Shown: positions 7,461 to 18,379 of the stretch, piece by piece
How the letters are laid out: every line of letters begins with the position of its first letter
Numbering within the stretch: position 1 is the first letter of the stretch
Assembly: GCA_040256005.1 (NCBI GenBank)
Contig: JBDZWC010000034.1
Coordinates: 1 to 24,754, forward strand
Direction of reading: 5' to 3'
Length of the DNA: 24,754 nucleotides
Source: Deinococcaceae bacterium
GTDB lineage: Bacteria; Deinococcota; Deinococci; Deinococcales; Trueperaceae
The notes under the pieces: generated by a model
The model's input: the letters and a program-made list of their open reading frames with translations, nothing else
Database searches by the model: none
What the model was told of the DNA's origin: nothing
Program-made: the position numbers and the translations under genes

Positions 7461-8681
7461 ATGACCACAGGCAAGTACCCTGCCACTTTCACGGGGTTGA
7501 CGAGAGCGTCTTCGACGACGTTGGTCGATCGGGCCCTGGCGGCCTCGGTGGCGCTGTTCATCACCTCGGCCATGCTCCTCAGCGAGACGGCGTTCTCGCG
7601 CGTCCCGCACGTCATCGTCCTGTTCCTGTTCGCGGTCCTGCTCGTCAAGAGCTCGCAGCAGCCGCTGCGGCTGCGACTCGACGCGACGCTCGCGGCCGGC
7701 GGCTTGTTCGTCATCTACGGGCTGAGCAGCGTGCTGTGGTCGGTCAACCAGGGCGGCGCCCTGGCGAGCAGCATCAGCCTGGCGTTCGACTTCGCGGGCG
7801 CGGTGCTCGTCTGGGTGGCGCTGCAGAACGGCGTGTCGCTGAAGCTCGTCGCCTGGAGCGCCGTGGCCGCCGCCACCGTGCAGGGCATCATCGGTCTGAA
7901 CCAGAGCTTCGTGATGGGGCTGGACCGCGCCGAGGGGCTCACGGGCAACGCCAACGCCCTGGCGATCCAGCTATCGCTGGCGGCGTTCTTGATACTGCTG
8001 GCCGAGCCTCGCAAGTGGTGGTCCAACCTACTGGCCGTGGCGCTCATCGTCGTGGCGACCCTCACCACCGGGACACGCAAGCTGGTGTTCGTCTGGTTCG
8101 CGTACGTGCTGCTGTTGCTGCGCAGCCTCTTCCCGCTGTTCAGGCGCCCGTCAGTGGGCGCGGCGCTGGTGCTCCTGCTCGCCCCGGTGGCGATCTGGGT
8201 CTCGCTGACGTACGGGCCCGTCCTGGGCTTCGGCGAGGCTTTCGAGGACGTCACGTTCTTCCAGCGCGTGGGCGACACCGTCACCGAGGGCAAGGCGACG
8301 GGCGTGCGCTCCGCGATGATCGCCGACGCCCTCGAGGTCTGGTGGCGCGAGCCGGCGTTCGGCCACGGCATCAACCAGTACCGCCACGTCGGCTCGTTCA
8401 CCACGTACTCCCACAACAACTACGTGGAGCTGCTGGCCAACTTCGGGGTCGTGGGCACGCTGTTCTTCTACGCGCTCTACGCCGTCATCGGCTACCGCGC
8501 CATCGTCGGCATCATCGCCGGGCGGCAGTACGCCTGGGTCATCATGGCCACCCTCGTCGTCTTCCTGCTGATGGACGTGGCGCGTGTTTCGTACACCGAC
8601 AGGTTCACCTGGATCCACCTGCTCGTCCTGGGCCTGGTCGCTACCGGCGAGGTGGGCCGACCCGAACCAGAGCCAGGGTGA
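7461..8681 (+). CDS. O-antigen ligase/polymerase family membrane protein (Wzy/WaaL-like)
   Basis: About 11-12 TM segments; GNANAL, TGTRK, and periplasmic loop R...FGHGINQY...YSHNNYVELLANFGVVG (Wzy_C signature). Confidence 0.88.
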   Translation: MTTGKYPATFTGLTRASSTTLVDRALAASVALFITSAMLLSETAFSRVPHVIVLFLFAVLLVKSSQQPLRLRLDATLAAGGLFVIYGLSSVLWSVNQGGALASSISLAFDFAGAVLVWVALQNGVSLKLVAWSAVAAATVQGIIGLNQSFVMGLDRAEGLTGNANALAIQLSLAAFLILLAEPRKWWSNLLAVALIVVATLTTGTRKLVFVWFAYVLLLLRSLFPLFRRPSVGAALVLLLAPVAIWVSLTYGPVLGFGEAFEDVTFFQRVGDTVTEGKATGVRSAMIADALEVWWREPAFGHGINQYRHVGSFTTYSHNNYVELLANFGVVGTLFFYALYAVIGYRAIVGIIAGRQYAWVIMATLVVFLLMDVARVSYTDRFTWIHLLVLGLVATGEVGRPEPEPG

Positions 8682-9820
8682 GCGCCCCGCCTGTCCCGGC
8701 GGACCGGCCACGCAGGCTGGTCGTCTTCATGGCCGACGTCATGGGGGGCGGCGCCGAGCGGATGACCGTGGCGATAGCCAACGGCATGGCGGAGCGCGGC
8801 ATGGTCGTCGAGCTGGTGCTGGCGGCGGCCAAGGGACCCTACCTGTCCGAGGTCGCGATGTCTGTCCAGCTCGTGGACCTGGGCGTGGGCGCGGTGAGCG
8901 GAGCGGTGCTGCCCCTGGCGCGCCACCTGCGGCGGTCCCGGCCGGACGTGCTGCTGACGACCCTGCCCCACACGAACGTGGTCGCCGTCGCTGCCGCCCG
9001 GCTCTCCGGCGCGAGCGTCCCCACTGTCGTGCGCGAGGCGATCACGCCGCGGCGCGGCAGCCGCCCGGGAGCGTCGCTCATGTCACGGCTGTCGCACCTG
9101 CTGGCGCCGCTGACCTATCGCCTGTCGGCGGGCGCCATCGCCGTCTCCGACGGCGTCAAGGACGCCATGGTGGACGTGCTTGGCGTGCCGCCGAAGAAGA
9201 TCGCCGCCCTCTACAACCCCATCGTCACCCCGGAGCTGTTCGCGAAGGCGGCCGAGGACCCGGGTCATCCGTGGTTCGCGGCGGGCCAGCCGCCCGTCGT
9301 GCTGGGCGTCGGCAGCCTGAGCGCCCGCAAGGACTTCCCCACGCTGATCCGGGCGTTCGCGGCGCTCGACCACCCGGACGCTCGCCTCGTGATCTTGGGC
9401 GAGGGCCCAGAGCGCCCGTCCCTGGAGGCTCTGGTGCAGGAGCTGGGGCTGTCGGGGCGGGTAGACCTGCCGGGCTTCGCTCCGAACCCGTTCGCCTTCA
9501 TGTCGCGGGCCACCGTCTACGTCATGTCGTCGCGGCTCGAGGGCCTACCCGGGACGCTGGTGCAGGCGCTGGCCTGCGGCTGCCCCGCCGTCTCCACCGA
9601 CTGCCCGAGCGGCCCGCGCGAGGTGCTCAGGGACGGTGCGGTGGGCCCGCTGGTGCCCGTGGGCGACGCGCCGGCGATGGCGCGAGCGATCGCCCAGACC
9701 ATGGCGAACCCGCCGGGGCGCGAGAGTCTGGTCGCTGCCGTGGAGCGCTACGACGCCGGCCGCGTCCTCGACGCGACACACGAGTACCTGGCGCGGATCG
9801 CGGACGGCTGGCGCGCCTGA
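8678..9820 (+). CDS. Glycosyltransferase family 4
   Basis: Real start is GTG 8678, overlapping the upstream TGA. GGGAER, VGSLSARKDF and EGLPGTLVQALACG..STDCPSGPREVL motifs. Confidence 0.92.
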   Translation: MSAPPVPADRPRRLVVFMADVMGGGAERMTVAIANGMAERGMVVELVLAAAKGPYLSEVAMSVQLVDLGVGAVSGAVLPLARHLRRSRPDVLLTTLPHTNVVAVAAARLSGASVPTVVREAITPRRGSRPGASLMSRLSHLLAPLTYRLSAGAIAVSDGVKDAMVDVLGVPPKKIAALYNPIVTPELFAKAAEDPGHPWFAAGQPPVVLGVGSLSARKDFPTLIRAFAALDHPDARLVILGEGPERPSLEALVQELGLSGRVDLPGFAPNPFAFMSRATVYVMSSRLEGLPGTLVQALACGCPAVSTDCPSGPREVLRDGAVGPLVPVGDAPAMARAIAQTMANPPGRESLVAAVERYDAGRVLDATHEYLARIADGWRA

Positions 9821-9848
9821 GCGCCGCCTGAGGCCAGGCCGAGAAGCG

Positions 9849-11243
9849 CTAGTTGGCAGCGAACGACAGGCTGCCGAAGGCGCTCTGCATGAGCAGGCCG
9901 GTGGGTATGAACACGTTCCACTCGTCCTGGCCCCTGTGCAGGTGCACCGCGACGGACGTCTCGGCGACCTCGCCCGTGGCGTCCCACGCCGCCAGCATCG
10001 CGAACGGGCTCACGTTGTAGACCGACGAGCGGATGCGGTTGAAGTCGGTGCTGGCCGGCTCGATACCGGCCCTGGCGACGCCGCCGCCGATGTCACGCGC
10101 GAACCCGTCACCCTTGCCGTCGAGGATGAACTCGGAGAGGGACCGGGCGAGCTTCGTCATGACCTCGTCGTCCCACGGCGCGACACCCTCGAAGTAGAGG
10201 TCTACGGCGCTGGCGATGACGTGCCTGAAGTAGATGGACGGGAGCAACTGGTCGAGCTTCGTGCTCAGCTCCATGACCCCACGGGTGGACACCAGGGCGG
10301 GCCCGCCCTCGGTCTGGACCTCCACGAAGTTGGCGTAGGCGCGCTCGGACAGCCGCCGGGCCTCGGCGGCGTAGACCTCCTCGCCGGTCAGCAGGTACAT
10401 GTAGTGGTGGTACCTGACGAACTCGACGTTCCCATGCAGGCCGTTGCGCTGGAGGAAAGGCATCTCGGGCCACGGGACGTCGTTGCGCTCGCGCCACTTG
10501 GGTTCGAAGTGCTCCAGCAGGTAGTCGCTCCAGAAGCTCGCGCGCTCGGCGTAGTCCACGCCGTTGGGGCTCTCAAGGTCGGCGTTCGCCGCGAACACGT
10601 AGGCCAGCTGAGCGACGCCGGAGTGCGTCCTGATCTCGTCGATCTCGTTGATGTCGCGCCCACGGTGCTCGTCGCTGTGGTCCTGGTCCCAGACCCAGTT
10701 CAGGTAGCCGTCGGTGGAGCCGGCCATGAGGGCGTAGCGGCCCTTCCACGTGTCGTCGAGCCGCGAGCGCATATGCTCCGCCAGCCGGTCCACCTCGTCG
10801 AGGAAAGCCAGGTCGCCGGTGAGCCGGAACGCGGTCAGCAGCGCCACCAGATGGTTGTTGATCTCACGGGCGTAGTAGTAGAGGTCTCCGCTGGCGGCGC
10901 GGCGCGTGAAGTACTCGGCCCGCTCCGGGTCGGTTATCGAGTTCCAGAGGACCTCGTACCAGCACCTCACGGCGGGGGGCAGTTCGTCGGGGTCGAAGTC
11001 CGGGTCGCCCCTCAGCTCGGTGCGGGGTGACCAGTCGCCGGCCGCCGCGGACGCTCCGTCGAGATCACAGGAGCCTTCGCTGACGTGGACGGCGACGGAT
11101 TCGTGAGGGTACGGAGTCTCCCGGAGAGGCTCGGGCAAGGCCGGCATGGCCGCTTTCGCAACCCCCGGCGGGGCGCACGCCGATGCCAGGAGGGCCAGCA
11201 GCATGGAGATGGGCGCGAAGTACTTCAGCCAGGTCCTGGACAT
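9849..11243 (-). CDS. Uncharacterised lipoprotein, paralog of 4457..6319 lacking the CBM-like domain
   Basis: Likely start ATG 11243 (MSRTWLKYFAPISMLLALLASA-C lipobox). Extensive identity with the first lipoprotein from LRGDPxFDP onward. Confidence 0.8.
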   Translation of the reverse strand: MSRTWLKYFAPISMLLALLASACAPPGVAKAAMPALPEPLRETPYPHESVAVHVSEGSCDLDGASAAAGDWSPRTELRGDPDFDPDELPPAVRCWYEVLWNSITDPERAEYFTRRAASGDLYYYAREINNHLVALLTAFRLTGDLAFLDEVDRLAEHMRSRLDDTWKGRYALMAGSTDGYLNWVWDQDHSDEHRGRDINEIDEIRTHSGVAQLAYVFAANADLESPNGVDYAERASFWSDYLLEHFEPKWRERNDVPWPEMPFLQRNGLHGNVEFVRYHHYMYLLTGEEVYAAEARRLSERAYANFVEVQTEGGPALVSTRGVMELSTKLDQLLPSIYFRHVIASAVDLYFEGVAPWDDEVMTKLARSLSEFILDGKGDGFARDIGGGVARAGIEPASTDFNRIRSSVYNVSPFAMLAAWDATGEVAETSVAVHLHRGQDEWNVFIPTGLLMQSAFGSLSFAAN

Positions 11244-11249
11244 GTTCGG

Positions 11250-11255
11250 AGTATA
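11250..11255 (-). promoter_or_regulatory. -10 element TATACT 6 nt before ATG 11243 (leaderless promoter)
   Basis: Minus strand reads TATACT-ccgaac-ATG with no SD. Confidence 0.65.
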
Positions 11256-11370
11256 GACACAGGTCTCCTGAGACCCCGTTAACCCTGTCCCCGAGGGCAT
11301 CAGCGGAGTGAGCCATTCGGGGCCCATCCTCATTGACCCACATTAGAGTGGCAGTTCGAAAGGGGCTGGA

Positions 11371-12695
<1,325 letters not shown>

Positions 12696-12699
<4 letters not shown>

Positions 12700-13760
12700 G
12701 CGCAGTACCGAGCGGGAAGGCACAGACCGGCGCCGCGCCGGTCCTCGTCACGGGAGCGGCCGGGTTCATCGGCTATCACCTCTGCGAGCGCCTCCTACGG
12801 CGCGGCGATGCCGTCATCGGCGTCGACAACCTGAACGACTACTACGACGTGAACCTCAAGCAGGCGCGGCTGTCCCGGTTGAAGGCGCAACCTGGCTTCG
12901 AGTTCCAGCGCCTCGACATCGCCGACCAGCCCGCCACGGCCGCGCTCTTCGCCGAGCGCAGGCCGAGGGTGGTCGTGAACCTGGCGGCTCAGGCCGGCGT
13001 GCGCTACTCGCTCACCAACCCGCACGCCTACGTGCACAGCAACCTAGTCGGCTTCACCAACATCCTCGAGGGTTGCCGGCACACCCGGGTGGAGCACCTC
13101 GTGTACGCCTCGTCGTCCTCCGTGTACGGCGCGAACACGAACGTCCCCTTCTCGGTGCGTGACAACGTGGACCACCCCTTGAGCCTGTACGCGGCCAGCA
13201 AGAAGGCCAACGAGCTCATGGCTCACACGTACTCGCACCTCTACGGGCTGCCGACCACGGGCCTGAGGTTCTTCACCGTGTACGGGCCGTGGGGCCGCCC
13301 CGACATGGCGATGTTCATCTTCACCAAGGCCATCCTCGAGGGTCGGCCCATCGAGGTCTTCAACCACGGCGAGATGAGCCGCGACTTCACCTACATCGAC
13401 GACATCGTGGAGGGCGTCGTGAGGGTCATGGACGGCCCGGCGCGGCCGAACCCCGCCTGGTCCGGCGACGACCCTGACCCCGGCACGAGCGCGGCCCCGT
13501 ACCGCGTCTACAACATCGGCAACTCGGCCCCCGTCGACCTCATGGAGATGATCCGCCTCATCGAGGCGGAACTGGGACGCGAGGCCAAGCGCGAGATGCT
13601 GCCCATGCAGCCGGGCGACGTGCCGGCCACCTACGCCGACGTGTCCGACCTGGAGGAGGACTTCGGCTACCGGCCGGCGACGCCCCTGCACGTGGGCGTC
13701 AAGCGGTTCGTGAGTTGGTACGAGGAGTACTACGGCGTCGCGCCAGTAAGCGGTAGCTGA
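12696..13760 (+). CDS. NAD-dependent epimerase, UDP-glucuronate 4-epimerase-like
   Basis: [58 protein letters not shown] overlap with the upstream gene. Confidence 0.92.
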
Positions 13761-14872
13761 TGGTCAGGAGCCTGGACGGCAGGCTCGCCGTGGTCACAGC
13801 CGAGCGCGCCAAGGCCGCGGCTCGCACCCGCGTGCTGCTGGCCGGCGAGCTGGCCGTGGCAGGCCAGGGTCGCCCCAGCCTCCTCGAGAGGTTGGCCGGG
13901 CGCCTGCGACGCGCCGGCGACGTCGTGATCACGACGTCGTCGCGCCCGGGCCGTCTGTGGCGTGCCGCCGACATGCTGGTCACCGCCTGGAGCGCCCGCA
14001 CCAGGGTCGAGGTGGCCGTCGTCGAGGTCGACGGGGCCCCCGGTCTGAGGCGCGCCGAGGTGCTCACGCGGATGCTGACGCGAGCCGGCGTGCCCGTCGT
14101 GCATCTGCTGCGCGGGGCCAGCCTCGCGAGCGTCGCCGCTCACGACCCGGGTCGTCTAGGCCGCCTCTTGGCCTCGGGGGCCGCGAGCGTCGCGCTCACC
14201 GGCCACCTCCACGAGGCCCTGGCCGAGCTGGGCGGGGTCACTACGGTGATCGTCGACCCGGTGGAGGTGGGCGCCTACCCCAAGCGCGCGCGGCGCGCGG
14301 CGGTCCCGAGCCTGCTGTGGGTGGACGACGACGGCTCGGTGGCCGGGTCAGAGATGGCGGTGGAGGTGCTGCACGCGTTGGTCTCGGCCGGTGCCCCGCT
14401 CGCGACCGACACAGCGCAGTTGACCCTGGTGGGGCCCATGGGCAACGAGGCCGTGGACCGAGCGGTAGAGGCCGCGCGCCGTCACGGGCTCGAGGACAGG
14501 CTCCTGGTGGCGGGGCCCCTACGGGGCGGCACGGCGCAGGACCTCTTCGCCCACCACGACGTCTACGTGAACGCAGGCGACGTCGACAGGGCGCCCATCG
14601 GGGTCGCCGAGGCCATGGCCGCCGGCATGTGCGTGGTGAGCTTCGACCAGGGCGGCGCCGGCTACCTCGTATCGCACGGTGTCGACGGGCTCCTGGCGCG
14701 TCCAGGCGACCTCGACGACATGGCCGCCACCCTACTGCGCCTGTTCCGGGAGCCGGGGCTGGCGGAGCGGCTGTCGACCGCCGCCATGCACAGGGCCGAG
14801 ACCTTCGACTGGTCGCACGCGCTACCCAGGTGGAAGGACGTGCTGGCCCACGCCGGCACGGTCGGAGGCTGA
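13760..14872 (+). CDS. Glycosyltransferase family 4 (divergent)
   Basis: C-terminal DVYVN..DRAPIGVAEAMAAGMCVVS..GG..HGVDGLL motif; 1-nt overlap with the upstream stop. Confidence 0.75.
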   Translation: MVRSLDGRLAVVTAERAKAAARTRVLLAGELAVAGQGRPSLLERLAGRLRRAGDVVITTSSRPGRLWRAADMLVTAWSARTRVEVAVVEVDGAPGLRRAEVLTRMLTRAGVPVVHLLRGASLASVAAHDPGRLGRLLASGAASVALTGHLHEALAELGGVTTVIVDPVEVGAYPKRARRAAVPSLLWVDDDGSVAGSEMAVEVLHALVSAGAPLATDTAQLTLVGPMGNEAVDRAVEAARRHGLEDRLLVAGPLRGGTAQDLFAHHDVYVNAGDVDRAPIGVAEAMAAGMCVVSFDQGGAGYLVSHGVDGLLARPGDLDDMAATLLRLFREPGLAERLSTAAMHRAETFDWSHALPRWKDVLAHAGTVGG

Positions 14873-14874
14873 CG

Positions 14875-16299
14875 ATGAACCTCAAGTCGCTGCTGATGCC
14901 GGCCTACCGGCGCGTGCCCCCGGGGATCAGGAACCTGGCCAGCTCGGTCTGGGGCAGGTACCTCTACTCCTGGCGCTACGGCCCAGAGACCGACAGGCTG
15001 GTAGCCGAGGCCACCGCGAGGGAGACCTGGGACGCGGCTACCTGGCAGGCGTACGTGCAGGAGCGACTCGCCGAGCAGTTGGCCGTCGCGGCGCGCGCGG
15101 TCCCCTACTACCGCGACTGGTGGGCGACCCACGCCGACGTCGCCAACGGCGCCGAGCTCTCGAGCTGGCCCGTGCTCACCAAGCAGACGGTGCGCGAGCG
15201 CGCCGTTGACTTCAGGCGCGACGACGTCGACGGCAAGAAGCTCTACAAGCTCACGACGTCGGGCACCACGGGCACGCCGCTCACGATCTGGCGCAGCCGC
15301 GAGACGATGCGCGCCTGGTATGCCCTGTCCGACGCGCGGTGGCGCCGCTGGTACGGGGTGAGCCGGCACGACAACTGGGCACTCATGGCCGGCCAGGAGG
15401 TCGTGCCCGCCGAGCAGGACCGCCCGCCGTACTGGGTCTGGAACTCCGCCGCCAAGCAGCTCTACATGTCGACCGTCCACCTCAAGCGGGAGAACGCCGT
15501 CCACTACCTGGAGGCGCTGCGGTCACACGAGGTCAGGTTCATAGACGGTTACCCCTCCATGGTGGCCACGCTCGCCAGGTTCGCCGTCGAGGAGGGCCTC
15601 GACGCGCCTCGCCTCCAGGTCGTCGTCACCCACGCCGAGGCGCTCACCCAGCAGCAGCGCGACCTCATATCGCAGGCGTTCGGCTGCCCGGTGCGCAGCA
15701 CGTACGGCATGGGCGAGACCGTGGTGGCCGCCAGCGAGTGCGAGCACGGGGAGATGCACCTCTGGCCCGAGGTGGGCTACGTCGAGGTCTACCAGGACCT
15801 GGCGGCAGAGCCGGCGCCGCCGGGCACCGTTGGTCGCCTCATCGCCACGGGCCTGCTCAACCGGGAGATGCCCTTGATCCGCTACGAGGTGGGCGACAGA
15901 GGCGCCGTGGACTGGACCTTCGAGAGGTGCGCCTGCGGACGCACCCTGCCGCGCCTCACCGCGCTAGAGGGCAGGACGGTGGACAACCTCGTGACCGCTG
16001 ACGGCAGGCGGGTCTGGGCGACGCCCGGCACGTTCTTCGCCGGCATGCCCATAGTCCAGGCGCAGGTCATCCAGGAGGCCCTAGACCGCGTGCGCATCCG
16101 CCTGATACCTGCCCCCGGGTTCGAGGCGTCCCACGCGGAGACCATCCGGGACCGCGTGCGCAGGCGCCTCGGCGACATGACGGTGGAGGTCGAACGGGTG
16201 GCCGACCTGCCGCGTGGGCCCAACGGCAAGCTCAAGGGCGTCGTCAACCTCGTCGACTCTCAGGCCGCCACAGCCCCGGAACAGCCCAGCAGCGGTTAG
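14875..16299 (+). CDS. Phenylacetate-CoA-ligase-family / CapK-like adenylate-forming enzyme
   Basis: Real start is ATG 14875 behind GGAGG. VPYYR, TSGTTGTP, YGMGE, MPLIRYEVGD, EGR and GK motifs. Confidence 0.88.
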   Translation: MNLKSLLMPAYRRVPPGIRNLASSVWGRYLYSWRYGPETDRLVAEATARETWDAATWQAYVQERLAEQLAVAARAVPYYRDWWATHADVANGAELSSWPVLTKQTVRERAVDFRRDDVDGKKLYKLTTSGTTGTPLTIWRSRETMRAWYALSDARWRRWYGVSRHDNWALMAGQEVVPAEQDRPPYWVWNSAAKQLYMSTVHLKRENAVHYLEALRSHEVRFIDGYPSMVATLARFAVEEGLDAPRLQVVVTHAEALTQQQRDLISQAFGCPVRSTYGMGETVVAASECEHGEMHLWPEVGYVEVYQDLAAEPAPPGTVGRLIATGLLNREMPLIRYEVGDRGAVDWTFERCACGRTLPRLTALEGRTVDNLVTADGRRVWATPGTFFAGMPIVQAQVIQEALDRVRIRLIPAPGFEASHAETIRDRVRRRLGDMTVEVERVADLPRGPNGKLKGVVNLVDSQAATAPEQPSSG

Positions 16300-16350
16300 T
16301 GGCAAGGTCACAGGTCGGCGGAGGAACGGGGCCTATCATGCGGGCCGCTC

Positions 16351-18246
16351 ATGATCAGTAGACGCAAGGACTCACACCTTCAGCCGGTCACCGGGACGGA
16401 GCACGAGTCTCGTGGGTCGTTGGAGGCTGTCGGCAAGCTCTACGCGCTCATGTCGAGGGGCGAGAGGCGCCGCTTCTTCCTGCTCCTGCCGCCCGTCACG
16501 ATCATGGCCCTGCTGCAGGTGGTCGGCATCGCCTCCGTGCTGCCGTTCCTCGCCCTGGTGACCAACCCCGGCGTCATCGAGACGAACAGCTACCTGGCCT
16601 GGGCGTACGACTTCCTGGGCTTCGGAAGCGTCGACTCGTTCCTGATCTTCGCCGGCCTCGCCGTGCTCGTGCTGCTCGTCGCCAGCAACGCTTTCACGGC
16701 CTTCACCGAGTACCTGCTGCTGCGCTACTCCTGGCACCTCAACCACTCCCTGTCGGTGCGGCTCCTCAAGGAGTACCTGGCGAAGCCCTACGTGTTCTTC
16801 CTGGACAGGAACACCGCAGGCCTGGCCACGAACATCCTCTCCGAGGTCAAGCAGGCAGTGCGCGGGTTCGTGCTCGCCTCGCTGCAGCTGATCACGAGGG
16901 GCATCGTCACGGCGTTCATCCTCGGCCTGCTGGTGGCCCTCTACCCGCTCCTCGCGCTGCTCACGTTCGGGTTCCTGGGCGCCGCCTACGGCGTCACGTT
17001 CCTGCTCGTCAGGCGCGGGATGGCGGAGGCCGGCAGGCTGCGCTCGCAGAGCGACAGGGCCCGCTTCCAAGCCGCCTCCGAAGCCCTCTCCGGCATCAAG
17101 GACATCAAGATCCTGGGTCGCGAGGAGCCGTTCCTGCGGCGCTTCGAGCGGCACTCGCGGACCTACGAGAAGCAGATGGCCAGGCAGCAGATCATCGCGC
17201 TGCTGCCGCGTTACGCGTTCGAGACGATCGCCTTCGGCGGCATGCTGCTCATCGTGCTCGTGCTGCTCATGCAGGGCTCCGGCGTCGCCCAGATCGTGCC
17301 CACCCTGGGCGTCTTCGCGTTCGCCACGCTGCGTCTGCTGCCGGCGCTGCAGAACCTCTTCGCTTCGCTGACGGCCATGCGGTTCACGACGTCGTCGATA
17401 GACGTGCTGCACCGCGACCTGCAGGCCACCGGACGCCACGAGATGCCGGCCGCGGCCAGCGCACCGCTGCCCTTCGAGCGCAGCCTGGAGCTGAGAGGTA
17501 TCCGCTTCTCGTACCCGGGGACAGACAAGCCCGTCCTCGACGACTTCGGCCTGAAGATCGAGGCCAACACGAGCGTCGGCCTGGTGGGCGCCACCGGCTC
17601 CGGCAAGACGACGACCGTCGACATCCTGCTCGGCCTCCTCGTCCCGGAGGAGGGCCAGCTGGTCGTGGACGGCGTGCCGGTCACGGAAGAGAACAGGCGC
17701 GCCTGGCAGATGAACCTCGGCTACGTGCCGCAGCAGATCTACCTCTCCGACGACACGATCGCGGCCAACATCGCGTTCGGCGTCCGCAAGGACCAGGTGG
17801 ACATGGCTGCCGTCGAGCGCGCGGCGCGCCTGGCGAACATCCACGACTTCATCGTCAGCGACCTGGCCGCGGGTTACGAGACCGTCGTCGGGGAGCGCGG
17901 CGTGAGGCTGTCGGGCGGGCAGCGCCAACGGCTGGGTATCGCCCGCGCGCTGTACCACGACCCCTCGGTGTTGGTGTTCGACGAGGCCACCAGCGCCCTG
18001 GACGGCGTCACCGAGGAGAGCATCTTCCGCGCGGTCGCCGAGCTGGGCCGGAGCAAGACGATCGTCACGATCGCCCACCGCCTGACGACCGTGCGCGACT
18101 GCGACCGGATCTACCTCCTCGACGGCGGTGAGGTCGAGGCCGCGGGCACCTTCGACGAGCTCATGGCCACGAGCGAGCGCTTCAGGGCCATGGCCAACGC
18201 GGCGGGTCCGGAGCCGGACGCGCGCGAAGCGGCGGCCGTTTCATGA
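16351..18246 (+). CDS. ABC exporter with fused permease/ATPase (PglK/WlaB-like lipid-linked oligosaccharide flippase)
   Basis: Walker A GATGSGKT, signature LSGGQRQR, VLVFDEATSALD, IAHRL. External helix segment after TM1 (LPFLALVTNPGVIETNSYLAWAY) as in PglK-type proteins. Confidence 0.88.
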   Translation: MISRRKDSHLQPVTGTEHESRGSLEAVGKLYALMSRGERRRFFLLLPPVTIMALLQVVGIASVLPFLALVTNPGVIETNSYLAWAYDFLGFGSVDSFLIFAGLAVLVLLVASNAFTAFTEYLLLRYSWHLNHSLSVRLLKEYLAKPYVFFLDRNTAGLATNILSEVKQAVRGFVLASLQLITRGIVTAFILGLLVALYPLLALLTFGFLGAAYGVTFLLVRRGMAEAGRLRSQSDRARFQAASEALSGIKDIKILGREEPFLRRFERHSRTYEKQMARQQIIALLPRYAFETIAFGGMLLIVLVLLMQGSGVAQIVPTLGVFAFATLRLLPALQNLFASLTAMRFTTSSIDVLHRDLQATGRHEMPAAASAPLPFERSLELRGIRFSYPGTDKPVLDDFGLKIEANTSVGLVGATGSGKTTTVDILLGLLVPEEGQLVVDGVPVTEENRRAWQMNLGYVPQQIYLSDDTIAANIAFGVRKDQVDMAAVERAARLANIHDFIVSDLAAGYETVVGERGVRLSGGQRQRLGIARALYHDPSVLVFDEATSALDGVTEESIFRAVAELGRSKTIVTIAHRLTTVRDCDRIYLLDGGEVEAAGTFDELMATSERFRAMANAAGPEPDAREAAAVS

Positions 18247-18379
18247 ACGCTCACACACGCAACCGTCACATAGTGGTGGGTCATCCTCGTACCACAATGA
18301 ACGGACCCGTGAGAGGCTTTCGCCCTCTGCCTCACGTCACCCACCCGAAGCCTCGCCTGAACGGGGCGCCTAAGGCCAC

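Noticed and set aside
7439..8677. Apparent 793-aa fusion ORF
   Set aside because: The N-terminal half is an Arg/Gly/Ala-rich off-frame read of the Wzy-like gene; the GT4 starts at 8678.
13957..14874. N-terminal extension giving a 780-aa CapK-like ORF
   Set aside because: Off-frame shadow of the GT4 gene; ATG 14875 has a GGAGG RBS.
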